64,000 nucleotides of DNA from Spirochaetia bacterium. Lineage in GTDB: Bacteria; Spirochaetota; Spirochaetia; CAKZLE01. Below the pieces are notes generated by a model. The model saw nothing but the letters and a program-made list of their open reading frames with translations. It had not been told where the DNA came from and made no database searches. The stretch spans positions 928,001-992,000 of the forward strand of contig OY782041.1 of NCBI GenBank assembly GCA_963677595.1, in the 5' to 3' direction. A program made the position numbers and the translations under genes. Shown in pieces: positions 9,207-19,466 of the stretch (positions are counted from its first letter, which is position 1; each line of letters opens with the position of its first letter).

Positions 9207-10463
9207 CTATTCTTCTTTTCCTGCCTTCTCCATCGCGGAGATCAGCGGCAGCTTCTTCCCTGACAGGTAGCGCACCATAGCACCACCGGCTGTGCAAATA
9301 TAATCCATATCTGCCGGGTCACAGAACCGCGAGGTCGCGCTCACGCTGTCCCCGCCCCCGATCACCGTATAGCCAGGCGCCTTCGCGATCGCCTGCCAGA
9401 TCTCTCTCGTCCCGACCTCGAAGGCGGGGTCTTCGAACACGCCCGCAGGCCCGTTCACGAAGACTGTTCCTGCTCCGTTGATACTCTCCCGGTAGGAGGC
9501 GATCGTCTTCTCGCCCACATCCAGGTACATCAGTTCGGCAGGCATATCTGCTACTGCGATCTCTTTTCGTTCCCCGTCAGCTTCATAGGCCAGGTCTTCG
9601 GGCATCCTGATCTTGGCCCCATAGTGGTCCAGCAGATCCTTTGCCTGGCCGATGAACTTCGTCAGTCCCTTCCCCGCCAGGAACTCATCGACCTTGCTTC
9701 CCAGCTGTTTCCCCGAGGCGATGAGGAACACTTCCCCCGTCACCCCGCAGGTCAGGATCTCGTCTGCTGTCCCGTTGGAGAGCACTTGCTCCATCATCCC
9801 GAACGCATCCGAGATCTTCGCACCTCCGAGCACGAATACCGACGGATGCGCAGGGGCAGTCATCACCTGGTTGAGTGCCGATACCTCGTTAAAGAACAGC
9901 GGTCCTGCAGCACTCGGTAAGAGTTCCTGGAAGGCTACCATGCTCGGGCAGTTCCGGTGCGCCGCGGCGAATGCATCATTGACGTAGAGGTCGAACAGCG
10001 GGGCCAATGACCGCACCAGCCAGGTGTCGAGCATCTCCTCCGGTTTCAGCTTCACCGCATCCTCGAAGGTCGAGATCTCCTCGCACAGGTACCGCAGGTT
10101 CCCCAGCAGTACCGCTTCACCCTCATCCAATGCCTCTACCGCGCTCTGCGCCATCGGCCCGCAGACATCATCGATGTACCGTACCTTCCGGCCGATTTTC
10201 TGACTCAGCTTCTGCGCATGCTCGGCCAGCGGAATCAGGTTCTGGTAGTCGAGCGTATCCCCCTGGTGGGCGATGAGCGCAAGCTTCGCCCCGTTATCGA
10301 GCAGCCACTTCACCGTCGGCACGCTCTTCTCCAGCCGGTTCTCGTTGACTATTGCCTTCGTCTTCGGGTCGATCGGCGAGTTGATGTCCACCCGCAGCAG
10401 TACCCGCTTGCCCGAGACATCAAATTCCTCCATCGGCTTGAACCCTAACCTATGCTCTTTCAT
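9207..10463 (-). CDS. pgk: Phosphoglycerate kinase
   Basis: RVDINSP, NDAFAAAHR, GGAKISD, NGPAGVFE, GGGD motifs. Confidence 0.95.
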   Translation of the reverse strand: MKEHRLGFKPMEEFDVSGKRVLLRVDINSPIDPKTKAIVNENRLEKSVPTVKWLLDNGAKLALIAHQGDTLDYQNLIPLAEHAQKLSQKIGRKVRYIDDVCGPMAQSAVEALDEGEAVLLGNLRYLCEEISTFEDAVKLKPEEMLDTWLVRSLAPLFDLYVNDAFAAAHRNCPSMVAFQELLPSAAGPLFFNEVSALNQVMTAPAHPSVFVLGGAKISDAFGMMEQVLSNGTADEILTCGVTGEVFLIASGKQLGSKVDEFLAGKGLTKFIGQAKDLLDHYGAKIRMPEDLAYEADGERKEIAVADMPAELMYLDVGEKTIASYRESINGAGTVFVNGPAGVFEDPAFEVGTREIWQAIAKAPGYTVIGGGDSVSATSRFCDPADMDYICTAGGAMVRYLSGKKLPLISAMEKAGKEE

Positions 10464-10473
10464 CGGTGCTCTC

Positions 10474-11490
10474 TTACTTCATGCCCAGGTACTGGTTCGT
10501 TGCTGCCGTACCCTCTTCCCTGGTCGCCTGCATTCCCATCGCTGCCCTGATCCCGTCGATGTTCTCCGGGATCACCACGGACTCCTGCGGGATGTTGATC
10601 GCGAACATGATGTCATCCCCTGACTTCACGATCGACTCTTCCCACAGCCCGATCTCGTACATGTCACCCCGCGCGTTCCCGATGTCACGCGCCCAGCGGA
10701 ACATCGATGCATTCCCTAGGAACCCGTCTGCCAGTCGTACCGGCATGATCCTCGGGTGGCCCTTTGCCATCTCCCACAGCTCTTCCTTCTCGATCTTGTT
10801 CTTCGGTGTTGCCGTCACCGTGATGATGTGGCCGTGGGTCACCGGTGTGTGCACCAGGATACCGGTACACGGGATATGGGGCATGATCGTCATCAGGTCG
10901 AGTGCCTGGTGGCTCGGTGCCTTCTCCACCTGCAGGGCATTGGTCAGCCCTCGATGGTAGTCACCCGGGTCTGCCACCCTCCGGATGATCGTGATCGCCA
11001 CTTTCTCGAGTCCTACACTCCGGTCGAGCATGTCCACCGCACGGATGAGCCCGGTGGTATTGCAGCTCGTGAGCTTCAGGTAGTCTGCCCCGATGCCCTG
11101 CTCGTAGTTCGCATAGCCGTGGAAGAACACATCTGCGATATCATTCTTCTCGCCGCCCTGGAACACGGCCTTGGTGCCATGCTTCACATACAGCTCCTTG
11201 TTCCGTGCGCCGATGCCGCCAGGGGAACTGTCGAGCATGATGTCACACTCCTGCACGAGTTCCTCGAAACTCCCTGATACCGGGATCCCGGCATCTTCTA
11301 AAGAGGTGTTCTTCGGGTCCACGTTGAACATCTTATACGGCATGCCCCGGTATTTCAGTGCCCGCACCGAGATCGTCGGGGCTATGTCAGCAACACCTAC
11401 GAGCTCCATGTCTCCCTGGGCCGCTACCCCGTCTGCCAGTCGCTGCCCGATCACGCCGTATCCTGCTACTCCTACTTTTACCTTCTTCAT
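10474..11490 (-). CDS. gap: Type II (archaeal-type) glyceraldehyde-3-phosphate dehydrogenase
   Basis: GYGVIGQRLADGVAAQGDMELVGV, FQGGEK, SCNTTGL, RRVADP, QESVVIPENIDGIRA are class II signatures. Confidence 0.92.
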   Translation of the reverse strand: MKKVKVGVAGYGVIGQRLADGVAAQGDMELVGVADIAPTISVRALKYRGMPYKMFNVDPKNTSLEDAGIPVSGSFEELVQECDIMLDSSPGGIGARNKELYVKHGTKAVFQGGEKNDIADVFFHGYANYEQGIGADYLKLTSCNTTGLIRAVDMLDRSVGLEKVAITIIRRVADPGDYHRGLTNALQVEKAPSHQALDLMTIMPHIPCTGILVHTPVTHGHIITVTATPKNKIEKEELWEMAKGHPRIMPVRLADGFLGNASMFRWARDIGNARGDMYEIGLWEESIVKSGDDIMFAINIPQESVVIPENIDGIRAAMGMQATREEGTAATNQYLGMK

Positions 11491-11524
11491 ATGTCTCTCC
11501 ATCATTCGTTATAGTCTTGAGGCT

Positions 11525-11686
11525 CTATCTCTCAGGGAATGCCTGCGAGAAACTGTTCACGAGGCCCCGTGCATAGGCACCGAGCGAGACGGTGTCGGAC
11601 ATCAGCATCAGCAGCTGGTATCCCCGCTCATACTTCGCTGTCGCCTGCTCCCAACTGCCGCCGACGGTAGCAAGGATCTTGTCGAT
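11525..11686 (-). pseudogene. 3' remnant of an HpcH/HpaI-family aldolase
   Basis: Manual translation IDKILATVGGSWEQATAKYERGYQLLMLMSDTVSLGAYARGLVNSFSQAFPER*; in-frame stop just upstream at the GC shift. Confidence 0.6.
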
Positions 11687-12587
11687 CTATTAAATCTCCA
11701 TCTACACAATATTGACGGTATTTCCCTAAAAGATCATCAAGGGAAGGCAGAGCCTCAATCAGTCCTATACTCTTGCATTTCTCAGAAGCACAGACCAGGG
11801 CAATCAAACTTGCATCGACGACGTTGTAATCATTTTTCAAAGCCCAGAGGAAGCACCCGTGGAAGGTGTCTCCGGCACCATTCGAATCAACAACTTTGAC
11901 GAGAGGGGCTGGATAGTGTGAAAGAGTATCGTTATGAACTATATTTATACCATTTTCTCCATCAGTAATGATCAAAGACTCAATACCTTTACTATGTAAT
12001 TCATGGTAAATTCCCAAAAAATCTCTTTCTCCGGTGAAATGTTCTGCCCATTCTTTGGAGGGTATGCAGAAATCAACATATGGTAATACATCATTGATCC
12101 CTTCTGCATCATTCGTCGGGCTCACATCCATTACGATTCTAGCTCCGGAATCTTTAGCTGCGTGAAGAACCTCTTCAAGACCGGTTAAAACGGTACAATC
12201 AAAAATCACAATGTCATCTTCACAAAAAGAGACCTTAACATCTTTCCATGAATGCTGCTTACTTCCTGATGGATAATGATAGATAGTACGGTTATGGCCA
12301 GTATTCACTATAAAACTGAAGGAAATGTCACCAACTTTTGACACCGCACTCATATCGATCTTTTCCTGTTCCAACTTATCAATGAGCCAATCAGATTCAG
12401 TTGTATTGCCGACTACAGAAAATAGTTTGACTTCTTCCCCATAAAAGGAGCAGACTCGTAAAGCATTGGCAACCATACCACCCACGGTCTTCTTATATGC
12501 TTTAATGTGATTTGCCGTGTTCTCTGCCGGGTAGGAATCTACCGTACAGATATAGTCGATACAGGCTTTCCCGAATCCATAAATCAT
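11628..12587 (-). CDS. PfkB-family carbohydrate kinase (C-terminus chimeric)
   Basis: GGMVAN and DSNGAGDTFHG motifs. Confidence 0.9.
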   Translation of the reverse strand: MIYGFGKACIDYICTVDSYPAENTANHIKAYKKTVGGMVANALRVCSFYGEEVKLFSVVGNTTESDWLIDKLEQEKIDMSAVSKVGDISFSFIVNTGHNRTIYHYPSGSKQHSWKDVKVSFCEDDIVIFDCTVLTGLEEVLHAAKDSGARIVMDVSPTNDAEGINDVLPYVDFCIPSKEWAEHFTGERDFLGIYHELHSKGIESLIITDGENGINIVHNDTLSHYPAPLVKVVDSNGAGDTFHGCFLWALKNDYNVVDASLIALVCASEKCKSIGLIEALPSLDDLLGKYRQYCVDGDLIDRQDPCYRRRQLGAGDSEV

Positions 12588-12608
12588 AACGAACCTTTCA
12601 CTCTCTTT

Positions 12609-13553
12609 TTATTTAATCTTCATAAAATCCAGACAGGCAGCTAATAATGTCTCAGGATCCAGCCCATATGTATGTAATAGTTCAGGAGGACTTCCTGACT
12701 GCCCGAACCTGTCATTAACTCCGATTATCTTGTGTTTGACAATATCTTCAGAGGCTAACACTTCCGAAACTGCACTGCCCAACCCGCCAATTACTGAATG
12801 CTCTTCCATAGTGACTACTTTTTTAGTTTCTCGTGCATGTTTTATGAGCAATTCCCTGTCTATCGGCTTTATCGTATGAATATTGATCACAGTAGCACTT
12901 ATACCCTGTTTTTCAAGATTCTCTGCTACTTCAAGACCGGCAGAAACCATGATCCCTGTTGCAATAATTGTCAGGTCACTCCCTGAACGCAACATATGCC
13001 CTTTCCCTATCTCAAAATCATAATCATCTGTATGAATCACAGGCGAAGGGGATCGTGAGATCCGAAGGAACACAGGTCCTTCAAATTTTACCGCGGCATG
13101 AATGGCTTTCCTTGTTTCTACAGAATCAGAGGGAACGATTACGGTCATGTTCGGCACAACTCTCATAAGTGCTATGTCTTCAATTGCCTGGTGACTTCCT
13201 CCATCCTCGCCAACGGTTATTCCGCCATGAGTTAGTGCAATCTTGACGTTTAATTTAGGATAACAGATCGTGTTGCGTATTTGTTCGTATGCCCGGCCAG
13301 CCCCAAACAGAGAAAACGTACTGATTATTGGAGTCAAACCAGACAAAGCGAACCCTCCGGAAATACAGACCATATTCTGTTCAGCAATTCCTATATTGTA
13401 AAATCTTTCAGGGAATTCTTCTGCGAATTTACATGTTTGGGTTGCATGGGCCAGATCAGCATCCAATACAACAACTTCACTGTTCGTCCTACCGATGTCT
13501 ACCAAAGCTTCGCCATAAGCATTTCTTGCTGACTCTAATTTCCAATCTTTCAT
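12609..13553 (-). CDS. Transketolase C-terminal subunit
   Basis: NIGIAEQNM, GEDGGSHQ, EEHSVIGGLG. Confidence 0.95.
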   Translation of the reverse strand: MKDWKLESARNAYGEALVDIGRTNSEVVVLDADLAHATQTCKFAEEFPERFYNIGIAEQNMVCISGGFALSGLTPIISTFSLFGAGRAYEQIRNTICYPKLNVKIALTHGGITVGEDGGSHQAIEDIALMRVVPNMTVIVPSDSVETRKAIHAAVKFEGPVFLRISRSPSPVIHTDDYDFEIGKGHMLRSGSDLTIIATGIMVSAGLEVAENLEKQGISATVINIHTIKPIDRELLIKHARETKKVVTMEEHSVIGGLGSAVSEVLASEDIVKHKIIGVNDRFGQSGSPPELLHTYGLDPETLLAACLDFMKIK

Positions 13554-14362
13554 TTGCCTGCCTCCAATTCATGCATAGCTTTCTCATACTCCTCATCATT
13601 TGGGGCTTTGCCATGCCAGGAAACATTATCTTCCATGAAAGAAACGCCCTTCCCTTTAACAGTATTAGCTACAATACATTTTGGTCTGTTTTCCGATTTT
13701 AACTTAAACGCCTGCTCCAGTTCGATTACATTATGTCCGTCTACTTCCTCTACCATACATCCAAAGGCTTTGAACTTTGCGGAGATGTCTCCCAGGCTCA
13801 TAACTTCACTATTCGTCCCATCGATTTGCAGTTTGTTGTAATCAAGTATTATTGTCAGGTTATCCAATTTATAATGGGATGCAGCCATTATCGCTTCCCA
13901 GATCAATCCTTCCTGGCATTCACCGTCCCCGATAATGGAATAAACAGTATGCTTCATGGATAGTTGCTTAGCGGCTAAAGCCATTCCTACAGCAATTGAA
14001 AGCCCCTGCCCTAACGAACCTGTGGAGGCATCAATACCTGGGACTTTCCTAAAATCCGGGTGACCCTGCAGCTTGTTTCCCAATTTTCGTAACCCAAGCA
14101 GATCCTGTTTAGGGAAAAAATTTTTCTCAGCAAGCACAGCATATAATGCAGGAGCACCATGCCCCTTGCTCAACACCAGTCTGTCTCTATCAATCCATCC
14201 CGGGTTATTGCTATCAATATTCATTATTTTGTAATACAGTACCGTAAGCACTTCTACCAGAGATAACGATCCTCCCGGGTGACCTGAACCTGCAGCATGA
14301 ATCATTGTTATAATCTGCTTTCTCAGTTCATTTGTTATATTCGTAATATCATGTTGTGACAT
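13550..14362 (-). CDS. Transketolase N-terminal (TPP-binding) subunit
   Basis: SGHPGGSLS, LSKGH, GSLGQG, GDGECQEG. Confidence 0.95.
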   Translation of the reverse strand: MSQHDITNITNELRKQIITMIHAAGSGHPGGSLSLVEVLTVLYYKIMNIDSNNPGWIDRDRLVLSKGHGAPALYAVLAEKNFFPKQDLLGLRKLGNKLQGHPDFRKVPGIDASTGSLGQGLSIAVGMALAAKQLSMKHTVYSIIGDGECQEGLIWEAIMAASHYKLDNLTIILDYNKLQIDGTNSEVMSLGDISAKFKAFGCMVEEVDGHNVIELEQAFKLKSENRPKCIVANTVKGKGVSFMEDNVSWHGKAPNDEEYEKAMHELEAGK

Positions 14363-14413
14363 GTTTTTAAATTTCCTCTTTTCCTACATGGATGATGCCA
14401 TCTAGAACAATAC

Positions 14414-14474
14414 AAAAAGGAAGGCATCGGCACGGAAACGGCCTGCAACAGACAGTTCCCGTACCATATGCCTT
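14414..14474 (-). terminator. Long hairpin + U tract after SBP copy 1
   Basis: aaggcat/atgcctt and ggcacggaaac/gttcccgtacc stems (G-U pairs on minus strand). Confidence 0.65.
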
Positions 14475-14486
14475 CATACTCGTTAC

Positions 14487-15770
14487 TTAGTCTGCATATT
14501 TCGCAAATTCCGCATCCCAATAGGCTGCTGCATCATCCAATGCCTGCTGTGCAGTCTTCTTGTCTGTCAGGAAGTTCTGGATCTCAATGGTGAACTGTCG
14601 CTTCAGGTCAACCGCCTGCGGCAGATAGTTGTCGATCACCTGCATATTCTCAGTATTGATCTGCTGGTCGGCAAACACCTTCAGATATGGGTCATTCTGG
14701 AAATACGAATCCTGCATCGTAACTTTGTTATACGGGAAGAATCCGGTTGCCTTATCCCACAATAGCTGGCCTTCTGCACTCCCCATGAACTCCAGGAACT
14801 TGAATGCCGCATCCTTGTTCTTGCTGTCCTTGGTGATACCCAGCACTGATCCAAGCACGATGTTTCCACTTACTTCCCCTACGGGCAGCGGTACGACCCC
14901 AAACTTCAGGTCAGGGTTCGCTTTCTGCTGGATCCCCACACCCCATGGTCCTTCAAACATGAATGCTACGTTCCCCGCACTGAAATTCGCACGTTTCTCT
15001 TTCTCCCCTGCATTCAGCTCGCCGGGAGTCATGACCTTGTAAGTCTTCATCAGGTCTTTCAGGAAAGTGATCGCCTTTACCCCTTCAGGACTGTTGAACG
15101 CTGCTTTCGATCCGTCCAGGATCTTCCCGCCTGCCTGCATGATCAGGGGGAATACTTCATAGTTGATGGTAGTCGGTGGTTCTGAGGCAATATTCCCGGT
15201 AAGCGCATAGACACCTTCAGACGGGTTGTTCACCTTGATGCAAGCAGCAACCAGCTCGTCCCAGGTGGTCGGAGGTTCTACACCGGCGTCTGCCAGGATC
15301 TGTGTATTATAATACAGCCCGATATTCCCGTTCGTTACCGGGATCCCGTACAGATGTCCCTTCCAAGGAAGCATCGCAGGTCCGGCCAATGCGTCGGTAT
15401 AGTCTTTCGGCAATGCTGAGATATAGTCATCCAATGGCACGATGATCCCTTGGTTAGCAAACTCAGTGACCCATGCGCCTGATACGGTTACGATGTCTGG
15501 CGCCATGCCGGCCATACTCAGGGTCAATACTTTGTCATGCATCTGCACGAACGGGATATTATCGAATATCAGCTCGATATCCGGGTTCTGCGCCTCGAAT
15601 GCACGCTTTACCTCATTGATCTTGTCTGGTCCCTGCTCGGTGATCCAATGCAGCAGCCAATGAATCTGTACCTTCTCAGCCGCTGGTTCCGCTTTTTCCT
15701 GTTGCGCCCCGGCGAACAGCAGACCTGTCACCAGCAACAAACATGCAACTATCATGCTTACACGTTTCAT
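14487..15770 (-). CDS. Sugar ABC substrate-binding protein (copy 1)
   Basis: Signal peptide ...LFAGAQQE; AFMFEGPW motif. Confidence 0.93.
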   Translation of the reverse strand: MKRVSMIVACLLLVTGLLFAGAQQEKAEPAAEKVQIHWLLHWITEQGPDKINEVKRAFEAQNPDIELIFDNIPFVQMHDKVLTLSMAGMAPDIVTVSGAWVTEFANQGIIVPLDDYISALPKDYTDALAGPAMLPWKGHLYGIPVTNGNIGLYYNTQILADAGVEPPTTWDELVAACIKVNNPSEGVYALTGNIASEPPTTINYEVFPLIMQAGGKILDGSKAAFNSPEGVKAITFLKDLMKTYKVMTPGELNAGEKEKRANFSAGNVAFMFEGPWGVGIQQKANPDLKFGVVPLPVGEVSGNIVLGSVLGITKDSKNKDAAFKFLEFMGSAEGQLLWDKATGFFPYNKVTMQDSYFQNDPYLKVFADQQINTENMQVIDNYLPQAVDLKRQFTIEIQNFLTDKKTAQQALDDAAAYWDAEFAKYAD

Positions 15771-15843
15771 ATAGTCCTCCTATTTTTTAATCTGGTACGA
15801 CCGTACCATTTTCAACCCTTTTTGATGTTATGTACCCTAATAT

Positions 15844-15900
15844 CGTTACCGTTACCGTTACCGTTAACGTTAGACTACAACGGTTTCTCCCTCTTGTCAA
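15844..15900 (-). promoter_or_regulatory. Sigma70 promoter with tandem CGTTAC operator-like repeats (copy 1)
   Basis: TTGACA-17-TAGTCT on minus strand; (CGTTAC)3 CGTTAA CGTTA over the predicted start site. Confidence 0.7.
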
Positions 15901-16012
15901 TTTTTTTTGCTTATTAATGATCCCCTATTTCTTCTAGAACGAATTGTATGATATTTATCTTTTTGCAATATTTCGATTTATAGTAATTCAATTATGAAAA
16001 TACGTGATTCCC

Positions 16013-17185
16013 TTATAATTCAATGGGATACTTACCAAATTTCATGGCAGCTTCAATCATAATCATTAATGAATCACCTGTAATGGGATATGAGATAGTA
16101 TTTGAGCTAGATAGAATATATCCTCCTCCTGTTGCTGCCGCTTTTATACAATCCTTAGTTTCCTGTACTATCGCATCTTTATCACCACTTGGTAAGGTTC
16201 TGCCACAATCGACATTCCCCATAAGCGTTATCTTATCCCCGTATTTCTGCTTGATAAGCCCGATATCCATACCTGCATAAGGTTCAATCCCCTGGTACCC
16301 ATCTATCCGCATACCAAAAAACAAATCCTGTATTGGCATAATATTGCCATCATTATGTTTTAGAACCTTCACATTGTGCTCATGACAATAATCTGCTATT
16401 GCATTTACTTGAGGAACTAAATACTTTTCAATTAATTTTGGAGGGAATAATGGGCCAGAATTCATCGCCCAATCTGTTGCTATTATTACTGCATCGACAC
16501 CACAGTCAATATATCCCTTAGCAGCTTCCAACCCATAGGCAGTGTACAGATCACACAATCTTTGAGTGATTTCAGGCTCCATTAGCATCAATTCCATAAA
16601 TTCTGTATACCAGCTTCTCCCTGAAGGTATCAGATTTGGAATCTTTGCCATACAGAATAGATCTCCGCCTGCTTTCTCACAAACTATCCGAGTTGAATCA
16701 AAACAGCTCTTATCTATCATATTACCTTTTGTCTCTTCAAGATAATCGAGATGTTTGATAATCCCATTTGTTCCTTCAGATTTCTCTGTTGAATCAGATT
16801 CCATAACTACATCAGTTTCTTTATTATACTTGAAAGATCTGAACATCCCCGTTTTCAAATCCTTTTCTTCCCAACCTTCAGGTGTCAATTTTATTTGCAA
16901 ACTCCCATCCCCTGGCGGGTCTAGTTCCGTTTCAAGTAAATCATGACCAATTTTACTAATTAAATCTAACGAATCCTGTGCATATTTCTCTACAAAAGAA
17001 TCTCTATCCCCTCTAGACACATACTCAGCCATTTTCATATACATCCCAGCTTCACCTGTTATCGCATCACGTTGCAGTATCTGACTCGCTGCATGTGGCA
17101 TAATATGCATTTCGCCAATCGGCACCCTATCTGCTTCTTCGTGGCTAAACGCTTTTAGCACTCTTTCTTTTGATGTCATTTGCAC
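16013..17185 (-). CDS. Uroporphyrinogen decarboxylase/MtaA-CmuA family protein
   Basis: MTSKERVLKAFSHEEADRVP N-terminus, KHNDGN, LMGNVD, GGGYILSSSNTI. Confidence 0.88.
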   Translation of the reverse strand: MQMTSKERVLKAFSHEEADRVPIGEMHIMPHAASQILQRDAITGEAGMYMKMAEYVSRGDRDSFVEKYAQDSLDLISKIGHDLLETELDPPGDGSLQIKLTPEGWEEKDLKTGMFRSFKYNKETDVVMESDSTEKSEGTNGIIKHLDYLEETKGNMIDKSCFDSTRIVCEKAGGDLFCMAKIPNLIPSGRSWYTEFMELMLMEPEITQRLCDLYTAYGLEAAKGYIDCGVDAVIIATDWAMNSGPLFPPKLIEKYLVPQVNAIADYCHEHNVKVLKHNDGNIMPIQDLFFGMRIDGYQGIEPYAGMDIGLIKQKYGDKITLMGNVDCGRTLPSGDKDAIVQETKDCIKAAATGGGYILSSSNTISYPITGDSLMIMIEAAMKFGKYPIEL

Positions 17186-17280
17186 ACTCCTCTTTTTATC
17201 TTATGATCTTTTGAAAAACGACTCATTTCTTAAAGCCATACTATTTTTCAATAGTGTTTTTTTATTTCATCCTTTCTATA

Positions 17281-18309
17281 CTACGAAAATTTAATTAGAG
17301 CTTTAATTATTGACTTATCTTTTTGAATATCACTAAAAGCTTTTTCGATTTCTTCTGGCAAATACACACGTGATATGAGTTTTTTCAAACTATCATTGAT
17401 TATCCCGGTATTGATAATCTTTGCTGCTGCCTGGAAGTGATTCAGTGGGTGTATTCGCACTCCTTTAATAACGAGTTCACGCATAATGATTTCGTTGGTA
17501 TCCATTTCAGGAAGTTTTTCAGGGAAACCGATGAATACAATAGTACCGCCGGATTTTGCTGCTTTTAATGAAGTTTTATAACCGAATTCAGATCCTGTTA
17601 CCTCGAACACCCGATCAAACCTTTCGCCCATATTCTGTTGCATGGTCCTCTCAAACATATTATTGGGAGAACTTGAGTCGATTACGTTAAAACCCATCTC
17701 TTCAGCAAACTTAATCCGTTTTTGATCAATTTCACATAGTACGATATTGGAAGCACCATTCATTTTCGCAACTGACGCAATGAGCAGCCCTATGGTGCCT
17801 GCACCGATTATCAGAACCGATTCCCCTATAGCTAGTCCACTTATCAAAACATCATGAACAGCTACCGATAAAGGTTCTGCCAGAGCTGCGACTTCTGCAT
17901 CGATGTCAGATTTTATCTTTATGACTTTATCCACTGCAGCCTTTACATATTCAGTATACGTTCCATCCTGGTGTACGCCGAAGATAGATATTTCTTTACA
18001 GAGATTCTGTCTCCCAGCAACACAGTGTTCACATGTACCGCAGGATGTCAGTGGATGGGCAACAACAAGGTCCCCGATGGTAAAATCTAGAATCCGGTTT
18101 GAACGTATATCACTAACTTCACCGCAGAATTCATGTCCCAAAACCAGTGGAGGGGCTGCGGTTGGATGTTCAGCTTTATAGACATGCAAATCTGATCCAC
18201 AGATACCTATAAATTTCACTTTAAGTAATACTTCGCCTTCATTGAGCTCAGGCATCCTGCTGTCAACTTCTTTTATATGCTCAAAAGCATCCATTAGAAG
18301 AGTTCTCAT
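17281..18309 (-). CDS. Zn-dependent sugar alcohol dehydrogenase
   Basis: GICGSD, GHE, CGTCEHC...C, GAGTIG. Confidence 0.92.
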   Translation of the reverse strand: MRTLLMDAFEHIKEVDSRMPELNEGEVLLKVKFIGICGSDLHVYKAEHPTAAPPLVLGHEFCGEVSDIRSNRILDFTIGDLVVAHPLTSCGTCEHCVAGRQNLCKEISIFGVHQDGTYTEYVKAAVDKVIKIKSDIDAEVAALAEPLSVAVHDVLISGLAIGESVLIIGAGTIGLLIASVAKMNGASNIVLCEIDQKRIKFAEEMGFNVIDSSSPNNMFERTMQQNMGERFDRVFEVTGSEFGYKTSLKAAKSGGTIVFIGFPEKLPEMDTNEIIMRELVIKGVRIHPLNHFQAAAKIINTGIINDSLKKLISRVYLPEEIEKAFSDIQKDKSIIKALIKFS

Positions 18310-18342
18310 GATATTAATTTCCCTACCTTTTTTATTTCATTA

Positions 18343-19350
18343 TTAATATAAATTCTTTGCGGTCGTACCCCGTATTATCAACTCAACATCCAGTTCTATA
18401 CTCTCTGTATTCTTTTTGTCAGTTAACAAACGCACTAGCAGGTCAACCGCTTTCTGTGCCTTCTGCAGGATCGGCTGGCGTACAGTAGTCAACGGAGGAT
18501 CAAGGTATTTGGATATAGCAATATCATCAAAGCCAACGACAGATATGTCATTTGGGATGTGGTAACCTCTTTGCTTTATTGCATTCATAGCTCCGATAGC
18601 CATAAAATCACCTGAGACAAATACTGCCGTTATCTCATTTTCCCTGAGCAAACGATTCATTTCTAACGTCCCCGATTCTATGGTATTGGCTCCCTCTGCA
18701 ACCATATCCTCCCGGAACTCGATATTGTTTTCTTCTAATTTTTCCTTATACCCTCTCAATCGATCGATACTACTGGCCAGGATCTGCGGTCCATTAATGA
18801 AAGCTATTTTCCTATGCCCAAGTGAGATCAAATGATCTATAGCTAGAAGTGCCCCTAAATAGTTATTAACACATACTTTCGGATACGAATTCTCAAAAGG
18901 AACATGAGATGTGACTACAAAAGGTAACCCACTTTGCGTGATCGTATCAAATATCTCTGTATGGTCTGTCCCTGGACTGATGATCAAAACCCCATCGATC
19001 CGATCCTGAAAGATAACACTTTCGAAATTAATGTTATTCATTAATAATACATAGTAATCCAGCTTATTCGCCTGGTTCAAAATGCCTCTGATCATTTCAT
19101 CATAAAACGGATTCATAAGCAGACGATCAGTATCATGGGGAATCAGCACTCCTATCATTCTGCTGTTCTTGTTCTTCATTCCTTTTGCTAAGGCGTTAGG
19201 ATGATAATTGTACTTTTCCACCATGTCCAGAATTCTTTTTTTAGTTTCCTTGCTAATGTCATCCTTATCATTGATGGCACGGGAAACAGTCATCTTTGAC
19301 ACGCCAAGCTCTTCCGCAATATCTGCAATAGTATATTTTCTTTTATTCAT
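18343..19350 (-). CDS. LacI-family transcriptional regulator
   Basis: TIADIAEELGVSKMTVSRAIN HTH; VVGFDD, PPLTTVRQP. Confidence 0.95.
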   Translation of the reverse strand: MNKRKYTIADIAEELGVSKMTVSRAINDKDDISKETKKRILDMVEKYNYHPNALAKGMKNKNSRMIGVLIPHDTDRLLMNPFYDEMIRGILNQANKLDYYVLLMNNINFESVIFQDRIDGVLIISPGTDHTEIFDTITQSGLPFVVTSHVPFENSYPKVCVNNYLGALLAIDHLISLGHRKIAFINGPQILASSIDRLRGYKEKLEENNIEFREDMVAEGANTIESGTLEMNRLLRENEITAVFVSGDFMAIGAMNAIKQRGYHIPNDISVVGFDDIAISKYLDPPLTTVRQPILQKAQKAVDLLVRLLTDKKNTESIELDVELIIRGTTAKNLY

Positions 19351-19466
19351 ATTGTCCTTCCACCTAAGAAGTATTTTTTAATTAACAATTGATGTCATAA
19401 AATATTACTGTTATCATGTCTTAGCATATCAAATTCAACTACATTAAAACACAGCCTAACAGAACC

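Larger units (their letters stand above)
14471..15908 (-). repeat. ~1.44-kb direct repeat copy 1 (promoter + operator + SBP gene)
   Basis: Apparently identical to 22164-23601 (offset 7693); proteins identical. Confidence 0.95.
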
